Below are positions 16,764 to 26,348 of a stretch of 37,799 nucleotides of DNA, in pieces. The position numbers and the translations under genes are program-made. Location of the stretch: assembly GCA_002084525.1 (NCBI GenBank), contig NBLH01000001.1:1-37799 (forward strand), given 5' to 3'. The notes beneath the pieces are model-generated. The model ran no database searches and was not told where the DNA came from. It worked only from the letters and a program-made list of their open reading frames with translations. Positions within the stretch are counted from its first letter, which is position 1. Every line of letters starts with the position of its first letter. The DNA is from Bacteroidetes bacterium 4572_117. Its GTDB lineage: Bacteria; Bacteroidota; Bacteroidia; Bacteroidales; NBLH01.

Positions 16764-18017
16764 CTAAGTCTTCATTTTCTTTTTCTTAGCCGCCGGGAAT
16801 AAAATATTGTTCAGGATAAGCCTATAACCCGATGAATTAGGATGTAAATCGAGGTTTGTTTTTGGATCGCCCACAAAATGCTGATAATCAGCAGGGTCGT
16901 GCCCACCATAAAATGTCCAGGTACCTTTGCCATATTCGCCATGGATGTATCTGGCTTCGTTGGCAGCTTTGTATTCTCCCATTATTAATACATTCGATTT
17001 AATCAAATCTTTATTAAACGAAGTAGTTTGGCCCATAAAACCCTGAATCATCGTTTCGTGGTTTTGGCATAACATTGTTGGTACAGGATCCCATTTTGCC
17101 GAAAACTCAAATAAATTAAAATAATCTTTTGTTTTTGGCACTTTCCTGTAATTTGTTACATCAATATTCGAAAACTCATATTCAAACGGGTCCATGCTTA
17201 TTGTAAAATCTTTAAAAGCAAATGTTTTTGTAAAATCAAGTTTGTTTTGTGCATCTTGATCATAGGCATCCCCATCGAACATCGGCCCACAAATATCAAT
17301 ATCAGTAGCAGCTAAAGCAATATCGTATGTATCTGTTGCTGAACACATTGCAAACAAAAATCCGCCACGTGTTACATAATCCCTAATTGTTTGGACTACA
17401 AATTTTTTCATTTTAGAGACTTTTGCAAACCCAAGATCTGCTGCCAAAGCTTCCAAGTCCCTTTTATTTGCCACATACCATGCAGTATTTCGGTAGTTTC
17501 CATAAAATTTACCATACTGTCCGGTAAAATCCTCATGGTGCAAATGTAACCAATCGTATTTCGATAAATCCCCTTCAACAATTTCTTTATCATAAATAAT
17601 ATCGTATGGGATTTCAGAATAGGTTAAAACCATTGTTACCGCATCGTCCCATGGTAATTTGCTTTTGGGTGAATAAACTGCAATTTTAGGTGCCTTTTCT
17701 AATTTTATCCTGTCCATATTAATATCGGGGCGTGCAATATCGCTAAAAATGTTTTTTGCCTGAAAATCAGCAATAACATTATAGCTAACCCCCCTAATCA
17801 TGCATTCTTCTTCAACTTCACGCAGATATGTGGTAATAAAACTCCCACCCTTGTAATTTAATAACCAACTAACTTCAATATCATTTTGGAGAGACCAATA
17901 CGCAATTCCATAAGCCTTTAAATGGTTCTTTTGGTTTTCGTCCATAGGAATAAGTATATAAGAAGCAAAAGCCAGTTGCTGAAATAAAATTAATATGGTT
18001 ATAAAAATTACACGCAT
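16764..18017 (-). CDS. Conserved Bacteroidota exported protein usually labelled 'asparagine synthetase B' (class I glutamine amidotransferase-like fold; function unverified)
   Basis: QKNHLKAYG, PWDDAVT, DWLHLHHEDFTGQYGKF, FAMCSATD, GGHDPADY; signal peptide; lies downstream of dnaB. Confidence 0.75.
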   Translation of the reverse strand: MRVIFITILILFQQLAFASYILIPMDENQKNHLKAYGIAYWSLQNDIEVSWLLNYKGGSFITTYLREVEEECMIRGVSYNVIADFQAKNIFSDIARPDINMDRIKLEKAPKIAVYSPKSKLPWDDAVTMVLTYSEIPYDIIYDKEIVEGDLSKYDWLHLHHEDFTGQYGKFYGNYRNTAWYVANKRDLEALAADLGFAKVSKMKKFVVQTIRDYVTRGGFLFAMCSATDTYDIALAATDIDICGPMFDGDAYDQDAQNKLDFTKTFAFKDFTISMDPFEYEFSNIDVTNYRKVPKTKDYFNLFEFSAKWDPVPTMLCQNHETMIQGFMGQTTSFNKDLIKSNVLIMGEYKAANEARYIHGEYGKGTWTFYGGHDPADYQHFVGDPKTNLDLHPNSSGYRLILNNILFPAAKKKKMKT

Positions 18018-18171
18018 TATATTTCTCAACAGTTTTTAAATCCCTGTAACGACCTGCCTATTAGTCGGTTACCGGAACACGTTTTATTGTTTTAAAGTAC
18101 TGGTTGTTAAAAGCTTAATCAAATATTTTTAATCTCAAATTTAACGAAGTGTTAATTATTGATACCCAAGT

Positions 18172-19701
18172 TTAAAACGGTGTTTCCTCGTTATTTGCCG
18201 GGAAACCTGAAAAATCGTCATTTTGTCCTTTATCTTTAAGGTCATCGTTCATTTTCGAACTCATAACCATCCCATTACCTACACTTGAAAAATCATTTTC
18301 GCCAAGAGGCAGCAATTCGCTTGCCTCAAGCTCTTCAAATTTAGCTAATTCATCCCTAAACTTTAATTGAACATCGGTAATTGCCCCGTTTCTATGTTTA
18401 GCAATAATAATTTCAGCTAAACCTTTTGTTGAATTACCCTCGGCATCTTCGGTAATACCATATTTTTCCGGCCTGTGTATAAAAATAACAAGGTCGGCGT
18501 CCTGCTCAATAGCCCCCGATTCACGTAAATCGGAAAGTTGCGGCCTTTTATCGCCCGAACGCATTTCAACAGACCTGTTAAGCTGCGATAATGCCATAAT
18601 TGGCACATCAAGTTCTTTTGCAATAGCTTTTAACCCCCTTGAAATGGTACTTACTTCTTGTTCCCTGTTACCTTTTGTTTCAGGTGTGCCAGACATTAGC
18701 TGAAGGTAATCGATGATAATCATTTTGATATCATTTTGCGTTTTCAACCGCCTACATTTAGCTCGTAATTCAAACAAAGTTATTGCCGGGGTATCGTCAA
18801 TAAATATAGGTGCATCGTTCAAATTTTTAACCTTCATTTCAAGTTGTTGCCATTCAAACTCTTCTAATCTCCCACTCCTTAATTTTTCACTTGAAAGTTC
18901 TGTTTCGGCAGCAATTAAACGATTAACAAGCTGAAGTATAGACATTTCAAGCGAAAACACAGCAATTGGGACTTTGTGATTTACAGCCATATTCCTTGCC
19001 ATAGATAATATAAATGCCGTTTTACCCATTGATGGCCTGGCTGCAATAATTACCAGGTCAGAAGGTTGCCAACCAGAAGTAACCCGGTCTAAACTGGTAA
19101 ACCCGGATGGTACACCACTAAGGTTATCCTCTCTTTGCGAAGCTTCTTCAATTTTTTCGATGGCAGCATTAATAACCTGCGAAATTTTAACAGTTTCACT
19201 TTTAATATTCCCTTCGGCAAGTTGAAAAATAGAACTCTCAGAATAATTCAGTAAATCTAAAATGTCCACGCCATCATCATATGCTTGTTTTTGGATATCA
19301 GATGCTACACGGATTAACTCGCGCTGGATATATTTTTGCGCAATAATTCGTGCATGAAACTCAACGTGTACGGCTGAACCAATATTACTTGTAAGCTTAG
19401 AGATATAATATGCCCCACCAACCTCATCCAGTTGGTTTTTTTTTCGTAGCTCCTCGGTAACTGTGAGCATATCAACAGGCTTATAATCAATAGATAAATC
19501 TGCGATTGCCTTAAATATTTTTTGATGCGCATCAACATAAAAGCTTTCAGGAATTAACAAATCAAGAATTTCCAAGGCAGCATTTTTTTCAAGCATTATC
19601 GCCCCAAGTACCGCTTCTTCAAGATCTAAGGCCTGTGGTGGTATCTTTCCTAACTCAGAATTTTCTACCTTTTCTTTATAAGGTTTTTTCTTTGTTGCCA
19701 T
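18172..19701 (-). CDS. dnaB: Replicative DNA helicase
   Basis: PPQALDLEEAVLG, AARPSMGKT, IDYLQLM, LSQLNR, DLRESGAIEQDAD, KHRNG; no intein. Confidence 0.98.
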   Translation of the reverse strand: MATKKKPYKEKVENSELGKIPPQALDLEEAVLGAIMLEKNAALEILDLLIPESFYVDAHQKIFKAIADLSIDYKPVDMLTVTEELRKKNQLDEVGGAYYISKLTSNIGSAVHVEFHARIIAQKYIQRELIRVASDIQKQAYDDGVDILDLLNYSESSIFQLAEGNIKSETVKISQVINAAIEKIEEASQREDNLSGVPSGFTSLDRVTSGWQPSDLVIIAARPSMGKTAFILSMARNMAVNHKVPIAVFSLEMSILQLVNRLIAAETELSSEKLRSGRLEEFEWQQLEMKVKNLNDAPIFIDDTPAITLFELRAKCRRLKTQNDIKMIIIDYLQLMSGTPETKGNREQEVSTISRGLKAIAKELDVPIMALSQLNRSVEMRSGDKRPQLSDLRESGAIEQDADLVIFIHRPEKYGITEDAEGNSTKGLAEIIIAKHRNGAITDVQLKFRDELAKFEELEASELLPLGENDFSSVGNGMVMSSKMNDDLKDKGQNDDFSGFPANNEETPF

Positions 19702-19721
19702 TGATATTTTTATTTTGTGCC

Positions 19722-19752
19722 AAAAAAAGAGGCGCTTTGTCCTCTTTTTTTT
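19722..19752. terminator. Intrinsic (bidirectional-type) terminator between accA and dnaB
   Basis: AAAAAAAGAGG-CGCTTTGT-CCTCTTTTTTTT. Confidence 0.7.
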
Positions 19753-19777
19753 ATATTATTTTCGCTTAAAGTAATAT

Positions 19778-20731
19778 TTATTCAGCATATTCACCCATAG
19801 CGGTAAATTTATCAATCCTTTTCTGAAACCTTTCTTTTTCATTAACTTTTTTTAATTCTGAAAGTTGTTTTTTTATTTCATTTTTTACTGTTTCAAATGT
19901 TGCTTCCGGGTTTGTGTGCGCCCCACCAAGAGGTTCGCCGATAATACCATCGATTAAACCGTTTTTTAGCATATCCTGTGGTGTTAGCTTTAAAGCCTCA
20001 GCAGCTTCTATCTTATGATCCCAACTTCGCCATAAAATAGATGAACACGATTCAGGTGAAATAACTGAGTACCAGGTATTTTCAAGCATCAAGACCCTAT
20101 CTCCTACTCCTATCCCGATAGCTCCACCTGAGGCACCTTCGCCAATAACTATGCAAATTATTGGTACCTTTATGTTAAACATTCCGTATATATTCCTTGC
20201 TATAGCTTCACCTTGCCCCCTTTCCTCTGCCTCAAGACCGGGGTATGCACCAGGTGTATCGATAAGTGTTACTATTGGTTTATTAAACTTTTCAGCTAAA
20301 CGCATCAAACGCATGGCTTTTCTATAACCCTCGGGATTTGCCATCCCAAAATTGCGGTACTGCCTCATTTTGGTATTGATCCCTTTTTGCTGACCAATAA
20401 ACATAATTGTTTGCCCATCAATTGAGCCAAAACCACCAACCATTGCTTTATCGTCTTTTACGTTCCGGTCTCCGTGTAATTCGATAAAATCACCGCCGGT
20501 AATTGCTTCAATATAGCTTAAAGTGTATGGGCGCTCCGGATGTCTTGATACTTGAACCCTTTGCCATGATGTAAGATTGGAATATATTTCTTTTTTTGCT
20601 TCTACAATTCTTTCTTCTAATTCTTTTATGGTAATACTAACATCAACCTGGCTTTGTTCACCAATTTCCTTGGCCTTTTCAAGCTGTTCAAGCAGTTCAC
20701 CAATTTTTTCTTCAAAATCTAATAAAATCAT
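19778..20731 (-). CDS. accA: Acetyl-CoA carboxylase carboxyltransferase alpha subunit
   Basis: [54 protein letters not shown]. Confidence 0.98.
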   Translation of the reverse strand: MILLDFEEKIGELLEQLEKAKEIGEQSQVDVSITIKELEERIVEAKKEIYSNLTSWQRVQVSRHPERPYTLSYIEAITGGDFIELHGDRNVKDDKAMVGGFGSIDGQTIMFIGQQKGINTKMRQYRNFGMANPEGYRKAMRLMRLAEKFNKPIVTLIDTPGAYPGLEAEERGQGEAIARNIYGMFNIKVPIICIVIGEGASGGAIGIGVGDRVLMLENTWYSVISPESCSSILWRSWDHKIEAAEALKLTPQDMLKNGLIDGIIGEPLGGAHTNPEATFETVKNEIKKQLSELKKVNEKERFQKRIDKFTAMGEYAE

Positions 20732-20763
20732 AAGATTATTGTTTATAAAAATAGTTTGGGCTG

Positions 20764-20771
20764 CAAATTTA
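20764..20771 (-). promoter_or_regulatory. sigmaA -7 element of accA
   Basis: Minus strand TAAATTTG followed by CAGCCC. Confidence 0.6.
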
Positions 20772-20826
20772 CAAATTTCTACCCAAAATGATAAATCTTG
20801 TTGATAAAATTCTTTACTTTCGTTTA

Positions 20827-21654
20827 ATGATTTGTTTTCCTAATGCAAAAATTAATATAGGATTAAATATTGTTTCAAAACGAAATGATGGCTATCACAA
20901 CCTTGAAACTGTTTTTTATCCCGTTCCTTTAAAAGATATCCTTGAATTTATTGTACCCGAAAAAACAATAAAAAAAACAATAATTGAAATAAGCGGAACA
21001 AAATTAGATATTTTAAATGAGCAAAATATTTGTATAAAAGCATATGATTTGTTAGCCGCTGATTATAATTTACCAAAATTACAAGTATACTTGCATAAAT
21101 TAATACCCAATGGTGCAGGTTTAGGGGGTGGTTCTTCTGATGCTAGTTTTTTTTTAAAACAGTTAAGTGATCAATTTAAGTTGAATATTAGTGAAAATAA
21201 ATTAATGGATTATGCATCAAAGCTTGGTGCAGATTGTCCTTTTTTTATAACCAATAAAGCAGTTTTTGCAAGCGGAACTGGGAATAAGTTTGAACACATA
21301 AACCTTGATTTAACAGGGTATTATATTTTGATTGTAAAGCCAAATTTTTCAATAAATACTGCTGAAGCTTTTAAGGGTATTAAACCAACTATGCCAAAAA
21401 CAAGCCTTAAAGAGCTAATTAAACAACCTGTTGATTCATGGAAAAATCAGATTAAAAACGATTTTGAAGCCCCATTATTTCAAAAGTACCCGGAACTAAG
21501 TGCGATAAAAACAAAATTATATAAACTGGGTGCCGATTATGCCTCTATGTCGGGCAGTGGTTCAGCTTTGTTTGGATTATTTAAAAATAAACCTGATACT
21601 GATAGTACTTTCGACGGAGTTTATAAAAAGGTTTTTCAACTAGGCTCAAATTAA
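20827..21654 (+). CDS. ispE: 4-diphosphocytidyl-2-C-methyl-D-erythritol kinase
   Basis: [46 protein letters not shown]; ATG 20827 preferred. Confidence 0.96.
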   Translation: MICFPNAKINIGLNIVSKRNDGYHNLETVFYPVPLKDILEFIVPEKTIKKTIIEISGTKLDILNEQNICIKAYDLLAADYNLPKLQVYLHKLIPNGAGLGGGSSDASFFLKQLSDQFKLNISENKLMDYASKLGADCPFFITNKAVFASGTGNKFEHINLDLTGYYILIVKPNFSINTAEAFKGIKPTMPKTSLKELIKQPVDSWKNQIKNDFEAPLFQKYPELSAIKTKLYKLGADYASMSGSGSALFGLFKNKPDTDSTFDGVYKKVFQLGSN

Positions 21655-21818
21655 AGCCGTTTTTAGTATCACTCGAATAATTTAACAGTTTATGAAATCA
21701 ACATTTAAAAATAAAGCATAAGAAGGTGAGACTGTTTATGAAGTGAAAAGCTTCCCTCCTATCACTACACAAAAAGTTAGTTTAATAAAAATTTATTAAA
21801 TTTAACGAAGTATTGTAA

Positions 21819-22910
21819 TTATTTAGGTGCAATATAGTATAAAAACCCCCCAATTGTCAGAAACATTAAATTGGGTAGCCAAACTGCCAGCAACGAAGGA
21901 ATTGTATTTGCTTTTGCAAGCTCAGTAAAAATCTGCATAAACAAAATATATAAAAAACTGAGTGTAAGCCCAATACCAATATTAATACCTGTCCCTCCAC
22001 GTCGTTTTTGGGTAGATAAACTAACTCCGATAAGGGTAAGGATAAAAGTAGAAAACGGGAACGCCATACGACGGTATTCTTCAACCTTGTATGCTTCTAT
22101 TTTTTCGTCGCCCCTCATCCTTTGGGTTTCAATAAAGACCCCTAATTCTTTTGAATTTAATGTTTCGATGGACTTTAGAGCCCTCTTAAAATCTTCGGGA
22201 TTTAAATTAATAAGCGTATCTAAACTGTTCCCTGATGATATTTTTTCATTACTTCCAATATAATCCCTGATATAATAATTCCTAACACTCCATTTTTGTT
22301 TAGTAGAATCCCATAAAACTCTATCTGCAACAAGTTTAGATACAAGCTTTTTCCCATGAAATTTCTCTAATGAAAACCTATGACCAATATCGCGTGAATT
22401 ATCATAACTTTCTATATAAGCAAATACACCAGGTTCAATTTGTTTATGAACATTACGGTCATAAAAGCCTTGTTTATTATAAATGTATTCTAACTCAAAC
22501 CCAATGCGTTTTTTATTTGCTTCAGGAATAATGTAACCTGTTAAAAAGAAAGATCCGACAGCCAAGAAAAATGCAGAAATAAAATAAGGTAGCATTAATC
22601 GCCGATAACTAACCCCACTAGTGAGTATCGCAACAATTTCTGAATCGCTGGTTAATTTTGAAGTAAAAAAAATTACTGAAATAAAAACAAACAGCGGAGA
22701 AAAAAAATTGGCAAAATATGGAATAAAATTCATATAATATACAAAAACAATTTCGTACCAACCAACTTCCTTTTCCATAAAATCATCAACCTTCTCTGCA
22801 ACATCAAAAACAATTACAACCGCCATAATCATAATCAACGCAAAAGAAAAAGTTCCAAGGAATTTTTTAATTATGTATAAATCAATTGTTTTCAGCTTCA
22901 AATTCATCAT
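21819..22910 (-). CDS. LptF/LptG family LPS export permease
   Basis: IDLYIIKKFL, SEIVAILTSGVS..R, 3+3 TM helices around a periplasmic beta domain, AVWLPN. Confidence 0.92.
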   Translation of the reverse strand: MMNLKLKTIDLYIIKKFLGTFSFALIMIMAVVIVFDVAEKVDDFMEKEVGWYEIVFVYYMNFIPYFANFFSPLFVFISVIFFTSKLTSDSEIVAILTSGVSYRRLMLPYFISAFFLAVGSFFLTGYIIPEANKKRIGFELEYIYNKQGFYDRNVHKQIEPGVFAYIESYDNSRDIGHRFSLEKFHGKKLVSKLVADRVLWDSTKQKWSVRNYYIRDYIGSNEKISSGNSLDTLINLNPEDFKRALKSIETLNSKELGVFIETQRMRGDEKIEAYKVEEYRRMAFPFSTFILTLIGVSLSTQKRRGGTGINIGIGLTLSFLYILFMQIFTELAKANTIPSLLAVWLPNLMFLTIGGFLYYIAPK

Positions 22911-23134
22911 ATAATTAAAAGGTAATAAAATATGCCGTAAAGATATACAATTAGTCTGCTTTATTCATAAAAAATAACAAAATTGTTGTATTGGAGCAAC
23001 CATGGACAACAGGACAACTATCGTAAATATACTTGAAAAAGCTACAGTGTAAGTGTATTTATTTTGCAATTTAAATTTTCACTGACAAAAACAAAAAAAT
23101 AGTAACTTTGGCAATTATTATAAATTAAATTTTT

Positions 23135-24403
23135 ATGGAGTTTATTCTATACTTGATTATTGGATTAATTATTGGTTTTCTTTTTGGGAAGTTTTGGATA
23201 GAGAGCCAATTGAAATTGAAATACCAAAAACAATTACGCCAGCTAGAAAACCAATGGAATGAAGAGAAATTAAATTATGCCCAGTTACAATCTGATTTAA
23301 ATACAGAAAAGCAATTAAATAAACTAGTGAACGATCAATTAAAAAACACTTTTGAAACCCTGGCAACCAAAGTGAGCAGATCAAACAACCAAACTTTTAT
23401 CGAATTAGCAAAAGAAACTTTAACTGGACTTATTGTTAAAGCCGAGGAAGATTATTCTCGACGTAGCGAATCTATTAATCAGATAGTTAAGCCATTGAAA
23501 GAAAGCTTAGATAAGCATGAAAAATTGGTTGTTGATTTTCAGAAAGGTAATAATATGGCAATAGGCAATTTAAAAACCTATCTTGAAGAGCTAGGCAAAA
23601 GCCAAAAAAGTTTAGAAAAAGAAACAGGAGCCTTGGTAAGTGCGTTAAAAAGCCCAAAAGTACGTGGCCGTTGGGGCGAAATTGGCTTAAAAAGGATAGT
23701 TGAATTCTCTGGCATGTCGCATTATTGCGATTTTAACGAACAAGTTAGTACTAATACAGAAGATGGCCAGTTACGACCGGACATGATAGTTAATTTACCA
23801 GAAAACCGGAAAATCGTTGTTGATTCAAAATTACCGTTAAATGCATATTTAAACGCACTTGAGGCAGAAAACGATGCTGAGAAAAAGCAATTTTTACGTG
23901 AACATGCCAAAGCAGTGAAAAATCACACAAAAGATTTATCAGCAAAAGCTTATTGGTCGCAGTTTGACAATTCAATTGATTTTGTAGTTTTATACATTGA
24001 GGTTGAATCGGCTTTTTCTGCTGCATTAAACGAAAACCACCATTTAATTACCGAAGGATTAAAAAATAGGATAGTTTATGCAACACCCACTACTTTAATT
24101 AGTTTGCTGCAAACAGTTGCTTTCACCTGGAAACAACAAAAAGCAGGCGAAAATGCACAAAAAATTATTCAAAGTAGCCAGGAGTTGCAAGAACGTATTG
24201 CTGCTTTTAACGGATTTCTTAATAAAATAGGGCTAAGTTTAAATAGTTTGGTCAAAACTTACAACCAGTCAATTGGATCGTGGGAAGGACGCATATTGCC
24301 TGGGTTAAAAAAAATGGAGGAACTAGGTATAAAATCAGAAAAAAAAGAATTGAAAGAACTAAAACAAATTGACAAAAATGTTAGGGAATTAAAACAGGGT
24401 TAA
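23135..24403 (+). CDS. rmuC: DNA recombination protein RmuC
   Basis: N-terminal TM and coiled coil, PKVRGRWGE, RPDMIVNLP..R.IVVDSK, ATPTTL. Confidence 0.95.
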   Translation: MEFILYLIIGLIIGFLFGKFWIESQLKLKYQKQLRQLENQWNEEKLNYAQLQSDLNTEKQLNKLVNDQLKNTFETLATKVSRSNNQTFIELAKETLTGLIVKAEEDYSRRSESINQIVKPLKESLDKHEKLVVDFQKGNNMAIGNLKTYLEELGKSQKSLEKETGALVSALKSPKVRGRWGEIGLKRIVEFSGMSHYCDFNEQVSTNTEDGQLRPDMIVNLPENRKIVVDSKLPLNAYLNALEAENDAEKKQFLREHAKAVKNHTKDLSAKAYWSQFDNSIDFVVLYIEVESAFSAALNENHHLITEGLKNRIVYATPTTLISLLQTVAFTWKQQKAGENAQKIIQSSQELQERIAAFNGFLNKIGLSLNSLVKTYNQSIGSWEGRILPGLKKMEELGIKSEKKELKELKQIDKNVRELKQG

Positions 24404-24432
24404 GGGTTAGATTAATATTAGGTTATTATTAA

Positions 24433-24611
24433 GGCCACCTCTAATAATTAATTTACAGTAAGATTTTCAGAGTTTTTCATAGACGATGGAAATTTTAGAA
24501 GTACTATCGGGATAATACGATAAAATTTGCAGAAGTATATGAAAAGCTCTGAAAACCCTATGGGGAACCAATCTACTAAACAACCTGACTGCGTTAAAAT
24601 AAGTTTCAAAT
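24433..24611. mobile_element. Truncated copy of the GGCC-ended MITE
   Basis: TTAA|GGCCACCTCTAATAATTAATTTAC..., highly similar to 28012-28211; ends at the stop codon of the ald-like gene and has no right TIR. Confidence 0.85.
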
Positions 24612-25831
24612 CAAAATGCTGCCATTAATAAATTAATATCTTTCGACCTAATCCCAAATTTAATCCCCAATGATTGACTTGTAAGTATCCCATTAAATAT
24701 GTAGGCTCCATTCCTTATCCCCCTGTCAGTCTTTAATAATTTGGTTATGCCACCTTCATCGCCAATTTTCAGTAAAATTGGGGTTAAAACATTACTTAAG
24801 GCTATTGAAGCTGTACGTGCAGTACGCGAGGCAATATTACGCACACAATAGTGTACAACCCCAAATTTTATATAGGCCGGGTTTTTATATGTGGTTGGTT
24901 TTGAACTTTCAAAACAACTACCGCTGTCAGAATTCAGATCAATAATTATGGTGCCTTTTTTCATTTGTTGCACCATGTTTTCAGTTATCACAAACTTATC
25001 TGTTTTTTCATCGATATCCATTGCACCAATAACTACATCGGCAGATTTTAATGCTTTTGCGAGCGCCTGGGGTTGAATAACCGAGGTAAATACCTGCTGC
25101 CTCATATTGCGCTGAAAATCCCTTAATTTATATATTGAGTAATCAAAAACTTTAATCATTGCACCCAAGCCATGTGCGGCATATGCAGCATGTTCTGCTG
25201 TGGTTCCGGCGCCAATAATAACAACCTCGGCTGGTGAAATACCTGTAATACCCCCCAAAAGTACACCTTTACCACCATGTTGTTTGCTTAAATATTCCGA
25301 GGCAATGTTAATTGATAGCTTTCCGGCAATTTCACTCATTGATCGTACAATGGGGTAGTGTGATGATTCATTTTTAATATATTCAAATGCTATTGCTTTT
25401 ACCCTTTTTTTCATCAACCCATAAATTTGTTCTTTTGATTGACTTGATATATGCAATGCAGATATAACTGTCCGGTTATCGTCAAGTAGTTCAATTTCTT
25501 TATTGTTGAAAGGCGAAACTTTTAATACTATTTCCGATTTAAAAATCCTTTTTTTATCAGAAATAATTTCTGCACCCACCTCGCTATACTCCAAATCACT
25601 GTAATTTGAACCATCACCGGCCCCAGATTCAAACAATATTTTATGGCCGTTGTCAGATAAAAGCTGAACAGCTTGTGGTGTTATACAAACCCTGTTTTCA
25701 AATTCCCAGTTTTCTTTTGGGATACCTATTGTTAGCTCTTTCCTTTTCTTTTTTATTTCCAACATCTCTTCCTGTGGGAAAAGTTGCTGTTTACTTATTG
25801 AAAATTGTGACGAATCATGTAGTTGGGCCAT
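24611..25831 (-). CDS. ald: Alanine dehydrogenase-like protein
   Basis: IGIPKE...ENRV..TP, ESGAG, MSEIAG, GKGVLLGG, VIIGAG, ADVVIGA, HYCV.N; about 30-aa N-terminal extension. Confidence 0.8.
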   Translation of the reverse strand: MAQLHDSSQFSISKQQLFPQEEMLEIKKKRKELTIGIPKENWEFENRVCITPQAVQLLSDNGHKILFESGAGDGSNYSDLEYSEVGAEIISDKKRIFKSEIVLKVSPFNNKEIELLDDNRTVISALHISSQSKEQIYGLMKKRVKAIAFEYIKNESSHYPIVRSMSEIAGKLSINIASEYLSKQHGGKGVLLGGITGISPAEVVIIGAGTTAEHAAYAAHGLGAMIKVFDYSIYKLRDFQRNMRQQVFTSVIQPQALAKALKSADVVIGAMDIDEKTDKFVITENMVQQMKKGTIIIDLNSDSGSCFESSKPTTYKNPAYIKFGVVHYCVRNIASRTARTASIALSNVLTPILLKIGDEGGITKLLKTDRGIRNGAYIFNGILTSQSLGIKFGIRSKDINLLMAAF

Positions 25832-25861
25832 ACTAAAAAGTGTTTAGCAGTCTAATTTATC

Positions 25862-25869
25862 CAAAATTA
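25862..25869 (-). promoter_or_regulatory. sigmaA -7 element of the ald-like gene
   Basis: Minus strand TAATTTTG, 30 nt before the ATG. Confidence 0.5.
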
Positions 25870-25901
25870 AGCTTTCTTTAGCTTATTTCAAATTTATTCT
25901 A

Positions 25902-26348
25902 TCATTTAATAACTTTTGGCAATATCTCTACCTGCCTACTATCTGTGTTTAATGTACTGATATTGACCATAATATGATTTCCGGGCAATAAAGTTTTAAT
26001 TTTCTCGGGCCACTCGATCAGGCATAAAGAATTGCTATAAAAATAGTCTTCATAACCAATATCAAAAGCTTCTTCAATATTATCGATCCGGTAAAAATCA
26101 AAATGAAAAATACTTTTACCTTCAGGATCCAAATATTCGTTTATTAATGAAAAACTTGGGCTACTGGTAATGTCGGTAATCCCCATTTCATTGCAAATTG
26201 CCTTAATTAAAGTAGTTTTTCCTGCACCCATTTCACCATAAAAAGCAATACAATTATTTGTTTGCATTTCCGGTTTTAGCTTTAAATGCTTAATTATTGT
26301 ATTTGCTGCTTCCGGCAGTTTGTTTAACGATTCAATAATAAACTTCAT
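25902..26348 (-). CDS. tsaE: tRNA threonylcarbamoyladenosine biosynthesis ATPase TsaE
   Basis: GEMGAGKTT, SSPSFSLINEY, HFDFYR, IEWPE. Confidence 0.97.
   Translation of the reverse strand: MKFIIESLNKLPEAANTIIKHLKLKPEMQTNNCIAFYGEMGAGKTTLIKAICNEMGITDITSSPSFSLINEYLDPEGKSIFHFDFYRIDNIEEAFDIGYEDYFYSNSLCLIEWPEKIKTLLPGNHIMVNISTLNTDSRQVEILPKVIK

Noticed and set aside
18172-19701. Intein in dnaB
   Set aside because: Normal length and uninterrupted helicase motifs
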